Positions 12,201-25,232 of a stretch of 64,000 bases of DNA are shown piece by piece. Each line of letters opens with the position of its first letter. Position 1 is the first letter of the stretch. The stretch is taken from positions 84,630,001 through 84,694,000 of the forward strand of contig CM060731.1 of assembly GCA_030704615.1 (NCBI GenBank). Reading direction: 5' to 3'. A program made the position numbers and the translations under genes. Source of the DNA: Takakia lepidozioides (Eukaryota; Plantae; Bryophyta). Below the pieces are notes generated by a model, which searched no databases, was not told where the DNA came from, and was given only the letters and a program-made list of their open reading frames with translations.

Positions 12201-15200
12201 GCAATATGTCAGCTGTACAGGTTTCAGTGTGAGGTGTATATGCTGTTGTTATCTTGACATGTCTTGCAGTTTTAATCCAGAGCTATAAACAAGGGCACTT
12301 CTGAGGTCCTAAGATTTAATAGCTGGAATCTTGGACTGCAGTCAGGCTTTGTTGAGTTTCCTGTCCTAGTGTGTGCATGAGGCTTGCCAGGGACAAGTGC
12401 AGATTCTTTCAGTCAAAATGAATCTCGGCCCTGGCATGTTGTCACACATGACAATCACAAAAAAGCTCCCTTGCAGTTGCTGCATTAAGACTTACCTGTT
12501 GGACTTGCCATGCCAATCAACCTTACATGCAGTCCTGACTCACTGATGTATGTCATGCAAATTACAGGATGTCCATCGAAGCTCACCCAATGGCTACAGA
12601 CCTGTCATGACAACCACCTCAATCTCATCATTCCACAGCAGCAGGGCCTCTACCTCCCTTACGAAACCGCACACGGGTACAGATTCAAAGCCAACGACTC
12701 CGAGTAGCAGTGCCAGTTCTGACCAGGGTGCTAGTGTGGTACCTAACAGTGAGGCAGAGGAGGACTCGATGAGTGACAGAGGGAGACCATTGTCACCAGG
12801 GGGACAAACTGAGGTGCTTGTGCTTGATAAAGAGGCGGTCAAGAGCAGCAGCTGGGATATCCAACAATATGAGCGGGACAGCAAGCCACATGAGCTCGCA
12901 TACATGGATAGGAATGATGTGGAGAGTGTCCCTGGCTCCAAGGGGACAAACTTGGGTCACGATGACTACTTCCCTAGTTATATGAGTTACGAGCAAACCC
13001 AGTCCGAAGTGAAGGAGTTCAAGTGGGCCCCAGGGTTTGGTTTAGTGAGGGAAAAAGATAAGGTACATTCATTCAGCTTCTTGGAAAACCATATCTCGGC
13101 AAACAGTACTGAGCCTGAGCTTGGGAGTATGGCCATCACCTTTTCAGTCCCCAAGGTTCAGATGGCCTGTCAGGAAGGTGGTGAGTCTGCTAGAATCAGA
13201 GGGAATGAATGCTCCCACAATGAGGATGTACAAAAAGGGCTGCATATGGTGAGACAAGCAGATGAATTGATCATCTACGATTGCCATCCTGAGGGCAGTA
13301 ACTCAGAATACTTCAAAGACCCTAAATGTGCACAGGGAGCTGTAGATAACATGGTATTCAAAGTTGAGACTGCTTGTGTGGACGTTGCGGGATTGGTTAT
13401 GTACAAAGGGAGAGGCCGCCAGCAACAGCCCCTAGATTGTGCAATCGAGGATGACGAGATTGGCTTGTGTCAACATGTGCACAGTCCTAACTTGGACTTC
13501 AGCAAGGAGTCAGAATGTGGGAGTGATGTGACCTCTTTGCCTCTCAATGTTACTCTGTCTTGCCATGATGTTTTGGGCCCCAAGGGAATTGGGCAATCAG
13601 AGAGCCCAAATTGCAAGGAGGAGGTACAACCAGTGTTCAGTGGGGAAAAGGAGAGGGACAAGATGCGCACCTGTAGTCCTTACCAGCACCTTAGCTTGGA
13701 ACAATGTCAGGATTCTCACACTGTGAACATCAACTTTTTGGGTCAGAAGGACAAGGCTCATTGTCATGGATCAGGTGATCCCACTAGAAACAGAGGTGAA
13801 GAAAGCTCACATTGTGAAAAGGAGGTAGAGGAGAGGGACAACAATGAAGTTCATTGGTGTGACTGTGTAGAAGACTTATGCAAGAAGCATATTGACAGAG
13901 TAGATGGTTGTGGAGCAAAGGTGGAGGCTCCTGGTCTGGATACTGATGAGCCCAAGGTTCATGGAATAATTAGGGGGTTTCAATGTAAGAGACAGATACG
14001 GAACGTGGAGGATTGGCAGAGGGAGACAGACAAGAAACCCAGGTCTCACTCCTTTGTGGCCTCCAATATGAAGTTACGTGATGCGGTGGCCTGCAGGAGT
14101 GCAGGTGAAATCTCTTCTGAATCTAAGGTTGAAAGCCCTGCCCAAGAGGCTGCTAAGGTCCCTGCAAGGAGAGGAAGGGAAAGCTCTATGCTCAGAAAGA
14201 AGGACAAGGCATTGGATCTGGAGATTGAAAAGGAAAGCAATGAAGTTCGGCAAGAGATGAAGTTCGGGAACCAGGATGGAGAACAGCTCATTAGCAAGGT
14301 TGAGGGCCCTAGTCAGATAGTTGGTCAGATATTTCATACAAATGGAGCTGGCTGGAGAGAGAATGGGAAGCATTACCAAGAAGCTCAAAAATCAATAAAT
14401 ATTGGGAGGATGACTGACAGCATGCTTCTGGATAGCCTTGTGGAGGACCCTTGCTTAGAAGCTTGTCACACACCTAGGTGTGGTAGCGACAATGCCTTAG
14501 CTCGAGACATTTTGAGTTGCGCAATTTGTGAGTCCACTGTAAATGTGCGTATGCTGCAGCCTGATGAGCCAGAGAATGCTTGCAGTCAGGAATCTGAAGG
14601 ACAAGATGGTCAGGAAATTGGTCATAGACAAGTCCCAGCTGAGGAGCAAGCATTTGTTGATATCCCAGAGGACCCATGTGGAGGTGTGGTGCGGCAAACA
14701 GGTGCTTCCAATTTCAGTGATATGTGGTCCAATGATGCGGAGACAACTTGTCTTGAACCCCTGGATGTTGAAACCAACGCCCCTCCTGTTCAATATAAGA
14801 ATTGTAAGTACACACATCCAAAGGAAGTGCTTGAGGCAGCTGATATGCATGATTCAAGAGAGCCACATATCTCTTTGGAGTTGGATGCAGAATTATGTGA
14901 CAGTGGCAAGCCCTCTCTGGAACTGAAAGGCATGGCATACTGGGTAGATGAATCCAAGTCTGTTTCACTTGGTGAGCCAGGGACGGAGTTAAAGCAGGTG
15001 GAAAGCCCAGATTCAGACCACGGGACTTCCCTGGCTGTAGTCCTAGAGCAAAGTAACAAGGTCAATCATAGCCTTGTTGAGCATTTTGATCCCAAGTGTT
15101 ACCCCAGCTGGGAGGAAGTGCAGAACTGCAATCCACAGGAGCGATCAGTTGAGGCAGCAACCAATTTTGGGGCTTCCAGAGGTGAACTGGAGACCAGAAA

Positions 15201-16796
15201 AGGTGACCTTGTAAGAGATGTAAGGGCACTTGATGGTTTAAAATGTGAGGAGTCCCAGCACAGCAACAAAACCCCAGTTGGTGACAAGGCATGTGAGGAC
15301 AGGAACATGGATATAAAGGATGAATCTGACTGGGAGATGGTCAAGGCTGTGAAGGGCATTGAAATGTCTACGGGAATGATCTTACCTTACTCAAAGATGG
15401 TACAAATAGTGGACAGCGTGGACCAAGTTAAAGAGCAGATCGTGGAGAAGGTTAAATCAACAGGCTCTAGCAATGGAAAGCATTTGTCTTCCTTCAGATT
15501 TGGGCGTAAAAAGAATGCTGCAGGTGAGCTGGAGAATAAAATCACTCCTAGCGTGGGTGTGGAGGTTTCTGAGCAGGCACCTTGCAATGGTAAGAAGTTC
15601 AATGAAAGTGCTAAGCTGGCAGGTAGTCGACAAATCAGGAAGACGAGGTCAGTGAGCGCCACTTCTGCTGCTCTTGTGGTTCAGCCTGGTGGTGCACAAC
15701 TAAGTGAGTGCCGTTCCGAGGGGAGAGCGACAGACGAGCAGAACCAGAGTAGATTCTCAAACATCACAGTGCGTTCTGGCTCAGTTGCAGAAAACTTTGA
15801 GTGGGAGCATAGTTCTCTAGGTATCTTCTGCCATTTGTGATATACCGCATTAGTTATGGCCCACAGCCAGCCACAGATGTTAAGGTGGTTCTTAATGAGA
15901 GGTGGACAAGGGAGTGCAAACTGGCGTGTCTATTGGAGGGAGGAAAGGGGACAGCTGTGTATCAGGAGGGTATAAATTGTTGTTGGTTATTGTTATGACA
16001 AGAAGAGTCTGAAGAGTATAGGATTGTTCCAGCAAGCTTCTCTGCCAAAGGGTAGAATATTCTCTAGGACATGGCATTCAATGTGCTATGGTGACTAAAT
16101 GCACATTTGACCGTGTACACGCGCAAGCCTATTGACTGCATGAATTAATTACCTCTGACAGAGTTAAATGGTATTGGGAAGTGCAAATGCATGTTGTTTC
16201 AAAACACTGTTTGAGAATGAACAGACAGACATGTTGATGCCAGTGAAAGCTAATTTGACATGGTGGTAATGTGGATTATTGCAGAAGCGACTGGCGGCAG
16301 CAGCTACGGCAGCCAGAGCAGGTGTGAACAGACGTTGGTTCCAGGGACTATGACACTTGCAGAGGTCACAGACAGAATTTTGTTTTGCAGCAGCATTATC
16401 CATGACTTGGTTTATCAGGCGGCTGAGCTTGCCAGCAAGAAGGACGAGACACAAGTCAGAGGGTCCAGTCCTTCCTTGGGATACACAGTTTTTGGGCTCT
16501 CAGAGGTAGACAGCATGAATCTGTCGGGGTCAGAGTTGTTGGACATCGGCAACTGGAAGGAGCATGAGCGGCACGGCGCAGGGATGGGAGTAGGGTCCTT
16601 GGTACAGCGCTCGCTCAAGTACCTGCCCACTATGCAGCTTGATAATCCAGCAGAGGGTCTCACTTCACGGTATTTCTTCAGTCCCAGTGAAGAAGGAATA
16701 GTGGCCAAAGATCGGCAGGAGCTGTCTGTTAGGTTGAGAGGTGGGGACAAAGTGAGTGCCAAACAGAACAGTAAATGTCGTTGTTCTATCCTGTGA
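9290..16796 (+). CDS. BASIC PROLINE-RICH PROTEIN (BPP)-family microtubule-associated protein with C-terminal CaaX; exons 9290-9395, 10202-10313, 10961-11081, 11228-12196, 12568-15820, 16285-16796
   Basis: Family motifs KDEDLALF, KNDYDW|LLTPPATPLFPSLD, R(P/S)STPT repeats, ETPPNLRTL.RP, FSRKSLD and TLAEVTDRILFCSSIIHDLVYQAA. Ends in CRCSIL*. All GT-AG junctions are in frame. Confidence 0.85.
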
Positions 16797-17757
16797 GACA
16801 TGCTTGTACAAAGTTTTCTAAATCTGCAGTTGGCAACTTTGCAAATTGCCATGATATGAAATGCTTATTTTAGGCTTTTAACCAGAGACGGCCTGAACAT
16901 ACAGTCACATTGAAATTCCTCCTGACACAAGTTTTCTGGATGTCATTCTTTGTTTGTTGGAGCATGGGTGAAAAGTAGAAGAAGTTTGTTCAATGGAACC
17001 CTGTAGCTTGTCACGCCAATCTGTTTGATCAGCACAAAATCCCGACTGGATGTTGCTATGGGTTGTGCTGGGCATTCTGCAACTTACATCTGTTTTGGAT
17101 AGGTTGAATTCCTAATTGGCTCTTGTTCGAACAAGTTGTGGTTCTAGTCTATTAGTTCTGTAAATCTCAACCCAAAAGAGCTGGTTGTTCTTGGTTGTGT
17201 TAACCACTTGCATTTTCTTACTCCCAGAAGTGGGTGGATTGTTGTTTGTTGGCTTTGAAGGCATTGCCCTTCACTTCAAAGATCTTGGATCTGGTGTGCT
17301 TGCTGTTTACCAACATGCTGAGGAATTAGCATGTGAAATACATGAAACCATTGATGAAGCAAGCACGCTGATTCAAGCAAGGAATTGCAAAAGAGCATGC
17401 ACCGCCCAGAAAATATTGACTTCCAACAGTTTGACACTTAAGTTTCAAGCTGGATACCTTATGCTGTTTGTCATAGTGATTATAAGTTGAGCCACATCCA
17501 CTGACTGAACGTGTGCCCATGGCATGATCAGGTTTCCCACTAGTGGACAGCTATCCCTGAGAAGGATACATTTTGAAACTCAGCATCACGTCCAATTCCA
17601 TGAATCTACTAATTTTTTTTCGTCTCTGAAGGAGTTATACTCACCTACAAAATAGATTAATCTCCAGACAATCTACACTTTGCTGTAAGGTCGCACCGAC
17701 CCAAGTAATCTGCCAGAGGGTTGGCAATTTTATGCATGAGGGGAATTGAACTCCGAA

Positions 17758-17970
17758 ACCCTTTCTGTACATCAAATGCTTCATCTTGATGGAACAAGGT
17801 AGCAATGCTACCAAGAAAAGCTATGATGCTGACACACAGGGATTAGAGAAAGTGACTGGTCCGACCCTTTCTGTACATCAAACTGCTTCATCTTGATGGA
17901 ACAAGGTAGCAATGCTACAAAGAAAACCTATGAGTCTGACAAACAAGGATTAGACAGTGACTGGTCCGAC
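17758..17970. repeat. Direct tandem duplication of ~107 bp (2 copies) between convergent gene ends
   Basis: ccctttctgtacatcaaa.tgcttcatcttgatggaacaaggtagcaatgcta...gtgactggtccga occurs at ~17759 and ~17865. Confidence 0.9.
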
Positions 17971-18368
17971 TGCCCGTGAATATTTTGACACTGGTAATCA
18001 CAAAGACAAGTTGTGATCACAAAGGCAAGTTTCTTTATTGAACGTTGACTGTTCAGACTCCAAGTCCTGGGACTGTCAACTGGAGCTTCACCAAACCATG
18101 TATTTGCTTGCACCTCTCAACACTAAGCTGGTCAGTATGCATGCAGTAAACTTGACTTAAGGTAGAAAGTTAGGTCCATCTATGTACATTGCCCAGTACT
18201 AGTCAGCAGCTAGCACCAGTATATACTGTGGTTTTACCTGAACTCCATTTGTCAATGTAAAGTTTGTACTGTCAAAAGGTATGGCAACCTTTGCTGCATT
18301 AGACATGGAATTCTTACTAGCTTATGATTTTAATACACTAGAGCTCAGATACCCAGCCGACCTGTCCC

Positions 18369-21300
18369 TCAATTATAATTCCTGCCACAAAATACACGAC
18401 ATTTCAATATTTGATGATTAACAAAGAAGCCTGGGCTTACCATTATTGAAATCTTAGAGCCCGCGTGTACTTCTCCCTTAGGGGCATCCACCAGCTCCAT
18501 GTAGGTGGGATCAAAATTTTCCGCGGGTGGGACACGAAAGATTCTCACTGTGGGGTCAAATGAAAAGGCTAAGTAGTGGACAAGCCACACAGATTTGACC
18601 GCATCAAAAAAAGCCGAGATTAGTGACTCTGGCATGTCAGTTTCACCAAGCTCCCCCAGAATTGACTCCATTCTTATGACAAAGAATCTATGGAAGCTTG
18701 TATTCACAATCACCCCTTGCAGCTTGCCTAGTGACTTCTCTATAACAGACCAACCTTGTTTCTTCAAATCTTCAAATGCTTGGAAGGATGTCCTCTGCAG
18801 TAAACCGGGTTCTAGTATTGTTGCTCCTCTGGCTTCAAAGTTGACATTCTCAAAGCCCTGGAACATAATCTGGGTGATGAAGGCTTCGAAGTACAGTATT
18901 CTTACACATTTGGGAAGGCGGGTAACTGATCTTCCAACCTTATGTTCCTCCAAAAGAGTGGAAATCAATTGAGTTGTAGAGCCCCCTACCTCCTTTACAT
19001 GAACACAAATGCTCCTCACAAGTTTCTCTAGGCAGAATTTGGCGGTCTCGAAGGTCTTAAGGAAAAGCTGCGGTGTGACCTCTGGATGCACAGGAAATCC
19101 GAGACTAGCCTCGGCATCAGGCTTGTCTGTGCCTTCTCTCTGTCCGCTATAGCTCCCATACTGTGCTCGTTCTTGCTGATATGTAGTGTCCCTGCTTTGG
19201 CTCTGATGTAAACTGACTTGATGCTGCAGACCTTGACAATGCTCTTGCAACTGGTTGAAATTTTCCTTCAGGATTTCCACAGTTGATCGTAATGCCTGCA
19301 CTTCATGCACAGCTGCTGCCCTCTTCTTGTTAGCTTGCTCCAGTTTATATCGGAGATTTTTTATTGTAAAATCCAAGATTTTAATGCTGTCTTTATCTGC
19401 TTTTAGACTTCCACTGTCGGAAGTTTGATCTGAATTCAACACCTTCTTTTTGCCCCAAGGCAAAAAACTGAAAGGCCTACTAGACAGAGATGATCGTGGT
19501 TGCTCTTTCACCTCCTGCACTTGCTGTCGAGATGGAATATCAGGCGAATTGGAGAGAGAGCCTACCACCAACGAACAAGAATATTAGAGAATATCGAGTG
19601 CAAGATTACTAATCTTGCACTAGTAATCTTGCACTCGAAGAACTTCACAGTTGACCTTCAATTCTCAGATGTAGCAGTGTCAAATCAAAAACCACTGGAA
19701 GAACCTTTGTGGTAGTCAAAAAACAAATGCGAGTAATATCAGGTGATAGGGGCGCAACCGTGAAATGCCCCCTCACAAATCTGCTTCAAGCTCAAACTTA
19801 CTGATAAATCAGGAGACAACTAGCCATTAAATGATTCCTTAAAACAGGCGATAAGGAACACTCCCATTTCCGCGCAACATTGAGCATTATTTATCTCAGA
19901 ATAAAACAAGCAATCTTATAAATTATATGACATGGAAATACCGGCTGGAATGCTCCCCGGCTCATGACATTGTTGTCAACACTAATTACCCTCAAAATAC
20001 GTGAATATTCGATGACAGGGTCACAAAGTCGACAAGATGAAGATGATGAAGTGTGTCGAGCTTGTCAAGAGCTGAGTTAGAAATGAACTACCTGTTGTGC
20101 ACTTGTCTTTGTCGCCAGCTACCATGGACTGACCCCCCGAGCAGCCTGTCCAGGTGGTGTGGGGTGCTGAATCACTGCAGGCCGTTACTTCCCCTCTGCT
20201 TTGGATGTCTCTTGCAAAACCCACCATTGCATTTCGAGCATCTGAACCGAGTCTCAACAACACTGGCGATTTTTCCAGCAGCCGCTTTTTCACAGACACT
20301 CCCAGTGATGGCTCCTTTCCTGAGAGCAAGCTGGCAGTGGGCACAGGTGGATTCCTGGAACTTTTGATTGATTTCATGGATTTTGGGCTCAATCCACCCA
20401 ACTGAGTGGTGCTTGGGCCTAATCCACTCCGTGGAGCAGTGTTTGGACTCAGGATATCACCTTCGATATAAAGGGATTGTAGGCTGGCATTCCTTGGGCT
20501 ATTGCCATTGACTGGAACATGCACATCCTGCATGGGGCATGTATCCTTGTCATTATCATTCCAGATGCTGCCAGATTCGATTCTATGGTGCTTCATCTTA
20601 TCATGCCCTGTCTGACTCACCTCACTGTTACCTAGCACAAAAACTGGCTCCCTGTAGCTCTGCACAACCACTCATTACATCACCATGTACAGAGCTTTCA
20701 ACAATGAACATGTACAGAGCCCTAAATGACATTTGATGACACATCAAATTGTCGTCAAATGTTACAGAAAGATACAAAAGTGCAGTCAATTGATACCTTG
20801 AGAGCGTGGCCTTTTGAAGTTTTAGGTTCAACTTCGAGAAGACTCATAAGATGTGCTCTGGGACCAAAATGCTGGAACACTAAAAGCAGGATATTACTGC
20901 CTGTCATAATCTTCCAGACCTTAAATTAGGGTCTTTGATAATGCCTTGGTATTAAATTCGTAAACATGTTGAATTGGCGCTTTAGACTTTTTCCCAGACA
21001 GTGTGATGAACTCGCAGTCATAGTTGCTCACAAGATACCTTCAGGTTTTAGCTAAAAACTTCTATATAAAGAGGTGATTCGTGTGGCCTTGGCCTCCACA
21101 AGGACTGCACCACCTTCTGCCATTATTTTTTCCTGTACTGTTCTCATTCCATATAGTCCTCCTGGGGGTCTGCTGGCCGAACAAGAAGAACCATGAATTG
21201 CAGAAGCCCGCAGGGTCCTCTCGTAAAAACGTTGTTCCCATGCAAGGTATAACTAGTTGTAGTTACATCGCGCCCAGAGATGGCCATCGTCAGCACCAGA

Positions 21301-21897
21301 GTCAGAACACTCTGAGAAATGCTGAACTCTTGACAGACTCCAGATTTCGCAAGTGTGGCTTCGTTGGCAAGCTTGCTAAGCTTTTCGGTGCGCTCAATAT
21401 TGTATTCTCTTCAGATTTCGTGCTATCGAACGCTAAGGGAGAACGGAGATGTTGAGTCCAAATGTAGAGAGAAATAAACAATTATCGGACGACACTATGG
21501 AAATCAGAGGCAAATAGAAGGTAGTAGGATTCTCTGCACATACTTGAACGAATTCAGACAGAGTAGATTACAGGAACTCTGAAGAGAAGAGAAGAAGAAG
21601 AGAAGGCGAAGTCTATTTAGAAGAAAGAGACGGCGAAATCAATTTGGCGAAAGAACTGATGATGGGAAAAACAGAAAAACACCAGGGCAGAAAGAGTACC
21701 GATTTGAAGATGGGGTACTCGGTGCGTGCTGGGGCACGGCCTACATGGTGTTGGGTCGGAGGTGCAGAGCTCTGTAAATCCAATCTTGCCACCTGCGCTC
21801 GAAGCACTGCGCTCTGCTGCTGCAAAGCGGCCACCTGCTCCCTGGTGAGCTTCCCGAGCGAATCCTGGGACTTCTCTTCTGGTGAAGCTCGCACCAT
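18369..21897 (-). CDS. IRK-interacting protein / GIL1-like coiled-coil protein; exons 21897-21700, 20659-20092, 19561-18369
   Basis: N-terminal TREQVAAL..AVLRA and EYPIFKS|SYREP, a central coiled coil, and C-terminal KSVWLVHYLAFSFDP..IFRV...MVSPGF....ILKCRVFC. Splice sites are in frame. Confidence 0.85.
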
Positions 21898-22379
21898 ATT
21901 CCTCAGACCTTGCAAGATCCCGCACACGAGCTGGCGAGGTGGAGAAGACGAGATATGTTGGTGAGCTCCATGCACGGAGCCACCTTGTTATCAGAGTCGT
22001 CGCCTGCTTTATCACCGTGCTAATTTGGGTGCTCCCTACTTATGAGCTTGTCCTTCATTTTCACATCATTTCAGACTGTTCCAAGCACATCATGATCATG
22101 TGATGATCACGCTTCCTACATCTATAGAATCATGCCTGCGAAGCTGATCGGCTATTTAGCATCTCCAAGTTTTATCTTTGACAAAGTTAGTGCCAACCCA
22201 AGCGGGGAAGTTTGCCCCACCACCATACGGACCATGGAGCATTGATTCTTCAGTTTAGAGTGCGTGGGAAGCTGCACCAAATATGCATTTTAATCATCAA
22301 CCCTAGACCACAACAGTAGTGCTGTCTCGGAGCACCAACTCGCAAAATCAAACATGTGGGACTGTAAGCTATGTTCTAT

Positions 22380-22560
22380 CATCTACGACCCCCGACAAAT
22401 CAACCACTAGTGGTTGTAGATGATTTGTTGAGGGTTGATTTTGTGGGCAAACGGTATGCATAGGGGTACCAAATGCCCCCCTCTTCATCCCACTTGTTCA
22501 GAAAATATTCTCTAATAGATTCTTAGATCCTTTAAAATTATGCTTAGATGCTTTCATTTA
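22380..22560. repeat. Dispersed repeat, inverted copy of 8430-8585
   Basis: Reverse-complement similarity to 8430-8585. Confidence 0.7.
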
Positions 22561-24123
22561 TTTATTTATTTTTGGAAACAGGAACTGGCCCTGATAAATT
22601 TATTCTTCACCAAGTGCATCAATATATGAAGCAAGCCATATCTAATAAAATATTTTCCACAGAGCCTACAACCAGATTTAAACCAGAGACCTTTGCCTTA
22701 ATATCTCTCCCGTCGAGGCTCCAACCATTGTCCCAGGAATGCCCACTTTGCCATTTTTGCTATTTTTTGTGACGACCAAAAGTACTTGGAATTCCACATC
22801 TCCCACATCGCGGGTCCAAAAATCATGAGACCAAGCCCGTGCACCCCTCCTCGTCGAGGGCTTTCCAACGGTACCAAGCACCAGGGATGGGACCTTGCGG
22901 TTTGGGACATCTCAACGTGACAAAACAAACAAAACAAAACAAACGTCTGAATTCATATATTGATATTCATTCTTACATGCACTTGCTATTATTATATAGA
23001 TCATTTATGTGTATCCCATGAATTCAAGAAGATTATGAGTAACCTATGCATAGGATGGGCAATTTGTAAAGATATATAATGCTTATATTTCTGTACTTAA
23101 ATAAATAATGAACTAACTTATTTCGAAGGATATGTCACTTATAAAATGTTTATAATAAAGTTCCCCAGGGCTACAATCCCCCTGTTTATTTTTTAAGAAA
23201 ATGTTTGAAATATTATATTCGTAAAACTTGGGATGTTTTGTCGCCAATGGGCTCACGCGTGCACATTGAAGACGCTATTATCTTAAAATGAGAGGCTTAT
23301 TATACATGCAATACAATAGTTTCAGTTAAGAATCACATGGATATGATAGATCAAATATAAAATATTATATAGCATCATTCATAAATACATACAAGACTTA
23401 ACAATTCAATTTTATTTTTACAATGTAGATGTACCCCACAAACAAGCATCTTCCTCTCTTAGCCACACCAAACTACATATTCAAAAATGGAGACAATCCA
23501 CAGTACTTCACCACAAACTATCCAACCACTTATGGCACACAAAAGCCGCTTCTGATGCCCAAATACGCTAAACACTTAAATTCAGATACGCCTAGTACAT
23601 GGGCCACCAGCGTAAGCACAACTTCTGGCCAAACCTATATCCATCCCCGAATTACCCACTCTGCTCCCACATTCATGCAACCCGTGACACCTGGCCCCAT
23701 CTTCTCAGCAAATGTCCCCATCCCGTCATCCACAGGCTTCATATTGCTCGGCATAACCATGTCGTCTGGCGTATCCACAAACTTCTATCGCGCCGTAATG
23801 ATACCAGATGGTTCTCACTTATTAATACTGGCACATATCAAGACCGACCCCCCGATCACACGGTGCCGGACTGGCTACTTCCCTATGTATGTCAACCATG
23901 CGCATCTTGTACTTGCCCAGCTAGACTCTGCCCTGACATTATGTTGGTCCAGGGACTCCCCATAAACGCTCCCCCACTCATCGACCCGACCCAAGCACTC
24001 ACCATACACTTCATTGAATTCACCTATTGCCATGACCGCTTTCCCGGCACCTCCACTTTCGAAAAATGATAGAAATACACACCACTCATCTTGGCCATCC
24101 GCCGTCGCGGCTGGAACACAGGC

Positions 24124-25232
24124 TTGGGGGGGTCACTCCCCGTATTTTCAAAACCACGTGAGAACAAATATAGGGTGCAATTTTTTTTTTGAGGTAAATT
24201 TTAGAAAAGTTTTGCTTAGAAAATATGTTAAGGCAATATCCTTTCACCCAGTTTTTTTTTTTTAAGTGTCACAAAAAATCCAAACTTTTACTTAAATAGT
24301 TAATGTATAAAGGATTTTATCTATAGTATAATGTATCCATCTTTATGAAGTTTCTCATATTTCATCCAGCTCTAATCCATCAGGATGAAATCAGGTAGAG
24401 GTCACCTGAAGTTCAAATATGATTCCAGCGATACACAGTGGATTGATATTTTGTTCCATCATGGCTGTTTTCATGCATGTGCACTTCCCAAACATGCACA
24501 TGTCCAGCTAGACTCTGCCCAGATATTCTACTGGTGCAGGGTCTACTCATGACTACCCTACCTCCTACCACACCATCCCCATCCCTCACTATCCACTTTA
24601 TCGAATTCACATACTGTCATGACCGCTATCCACAAGACTTTATCCTGGAAAAACGGCTGAAATACGCTCTACTTATCATCGCTATACGCCGACGAGGATG
24701 GCGCACCGGTCCTCTAACCGTCATCACGACAGGTACTAGAGGCGGCATACACAACGCCAGCAAGGTGAAGTGGCTCTTATTACACCAGCTTCGGCCGAAG
24801 TCTTCTCTCTCTCTCTCTCTCTCTCTCTGGATTGATATTGATACCATAATCTCAACAGTAACTATGGCATTTGAACCATCTCAAAACTTGTACTTTTAGA
24901 TCCAAGTGATGTTGCGGCTTTGAATGAGTTCGTGGCTAATGAAGATTAACCTTTTTCTTGGGTCTGGCATTTGACTTATGTTATATGGAATGTACTTGTT
25001 TGTGTACATGCTTTGAAATTTTGCAATTATTTAAAATGACAATTTAAAATATGATCTAATTAATTGTTGCAAAAGAAAATTGTAAAGAAAAATAGGGTGT
25101 TAAAAACAAAGGGTTTTACAATATTACCTAAAGATAGGGTGGAAAAAAATGCAAAATTTTAAAAATATACCTTTGTACGCACGTGATATGAAAAAATACA
25201 TATAGTGAAACCCCCCCCCCCCCCCCCCCCTT
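24124..25232. mobile_element. TIR element (MULE-type MITE) with a 9-bp imperfect TSD
   Basis: Left G7-TCACTCCCCGTATTTTCAAAACCACGTGAGAACAAA versus reverse complement of right Gn-TTTCACTATATGTATTTTTTCATATCACGTGCGTACAAA. Flanks are aacacaggc (24115-24123) and aacacgggc (25233-25241). Confidence 0.7.
24420..24828 (+). mobile_element. Second RLE-LINE 3' fragment nested inside the TIR element
   Basis: CTCPARLCPDILLVQG..IHFIEFTYCHD..RRRGWRTGPLTVIT, with the same 3' hairpin and (CT)n tail as 25665-25710. Confidence 0.8.

Noticed and set aside
17735-17760. tRNA/SINE B-box-like sequence
   Set aside because: No A-box or cloverleaf could be built.
22768-22922. TRIM-like solo LTR (TGTGACG...CGTGACA, contains tcccacatcg)
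   Set aside because: There is no TSD, PBS or second copy. Suggestive only.
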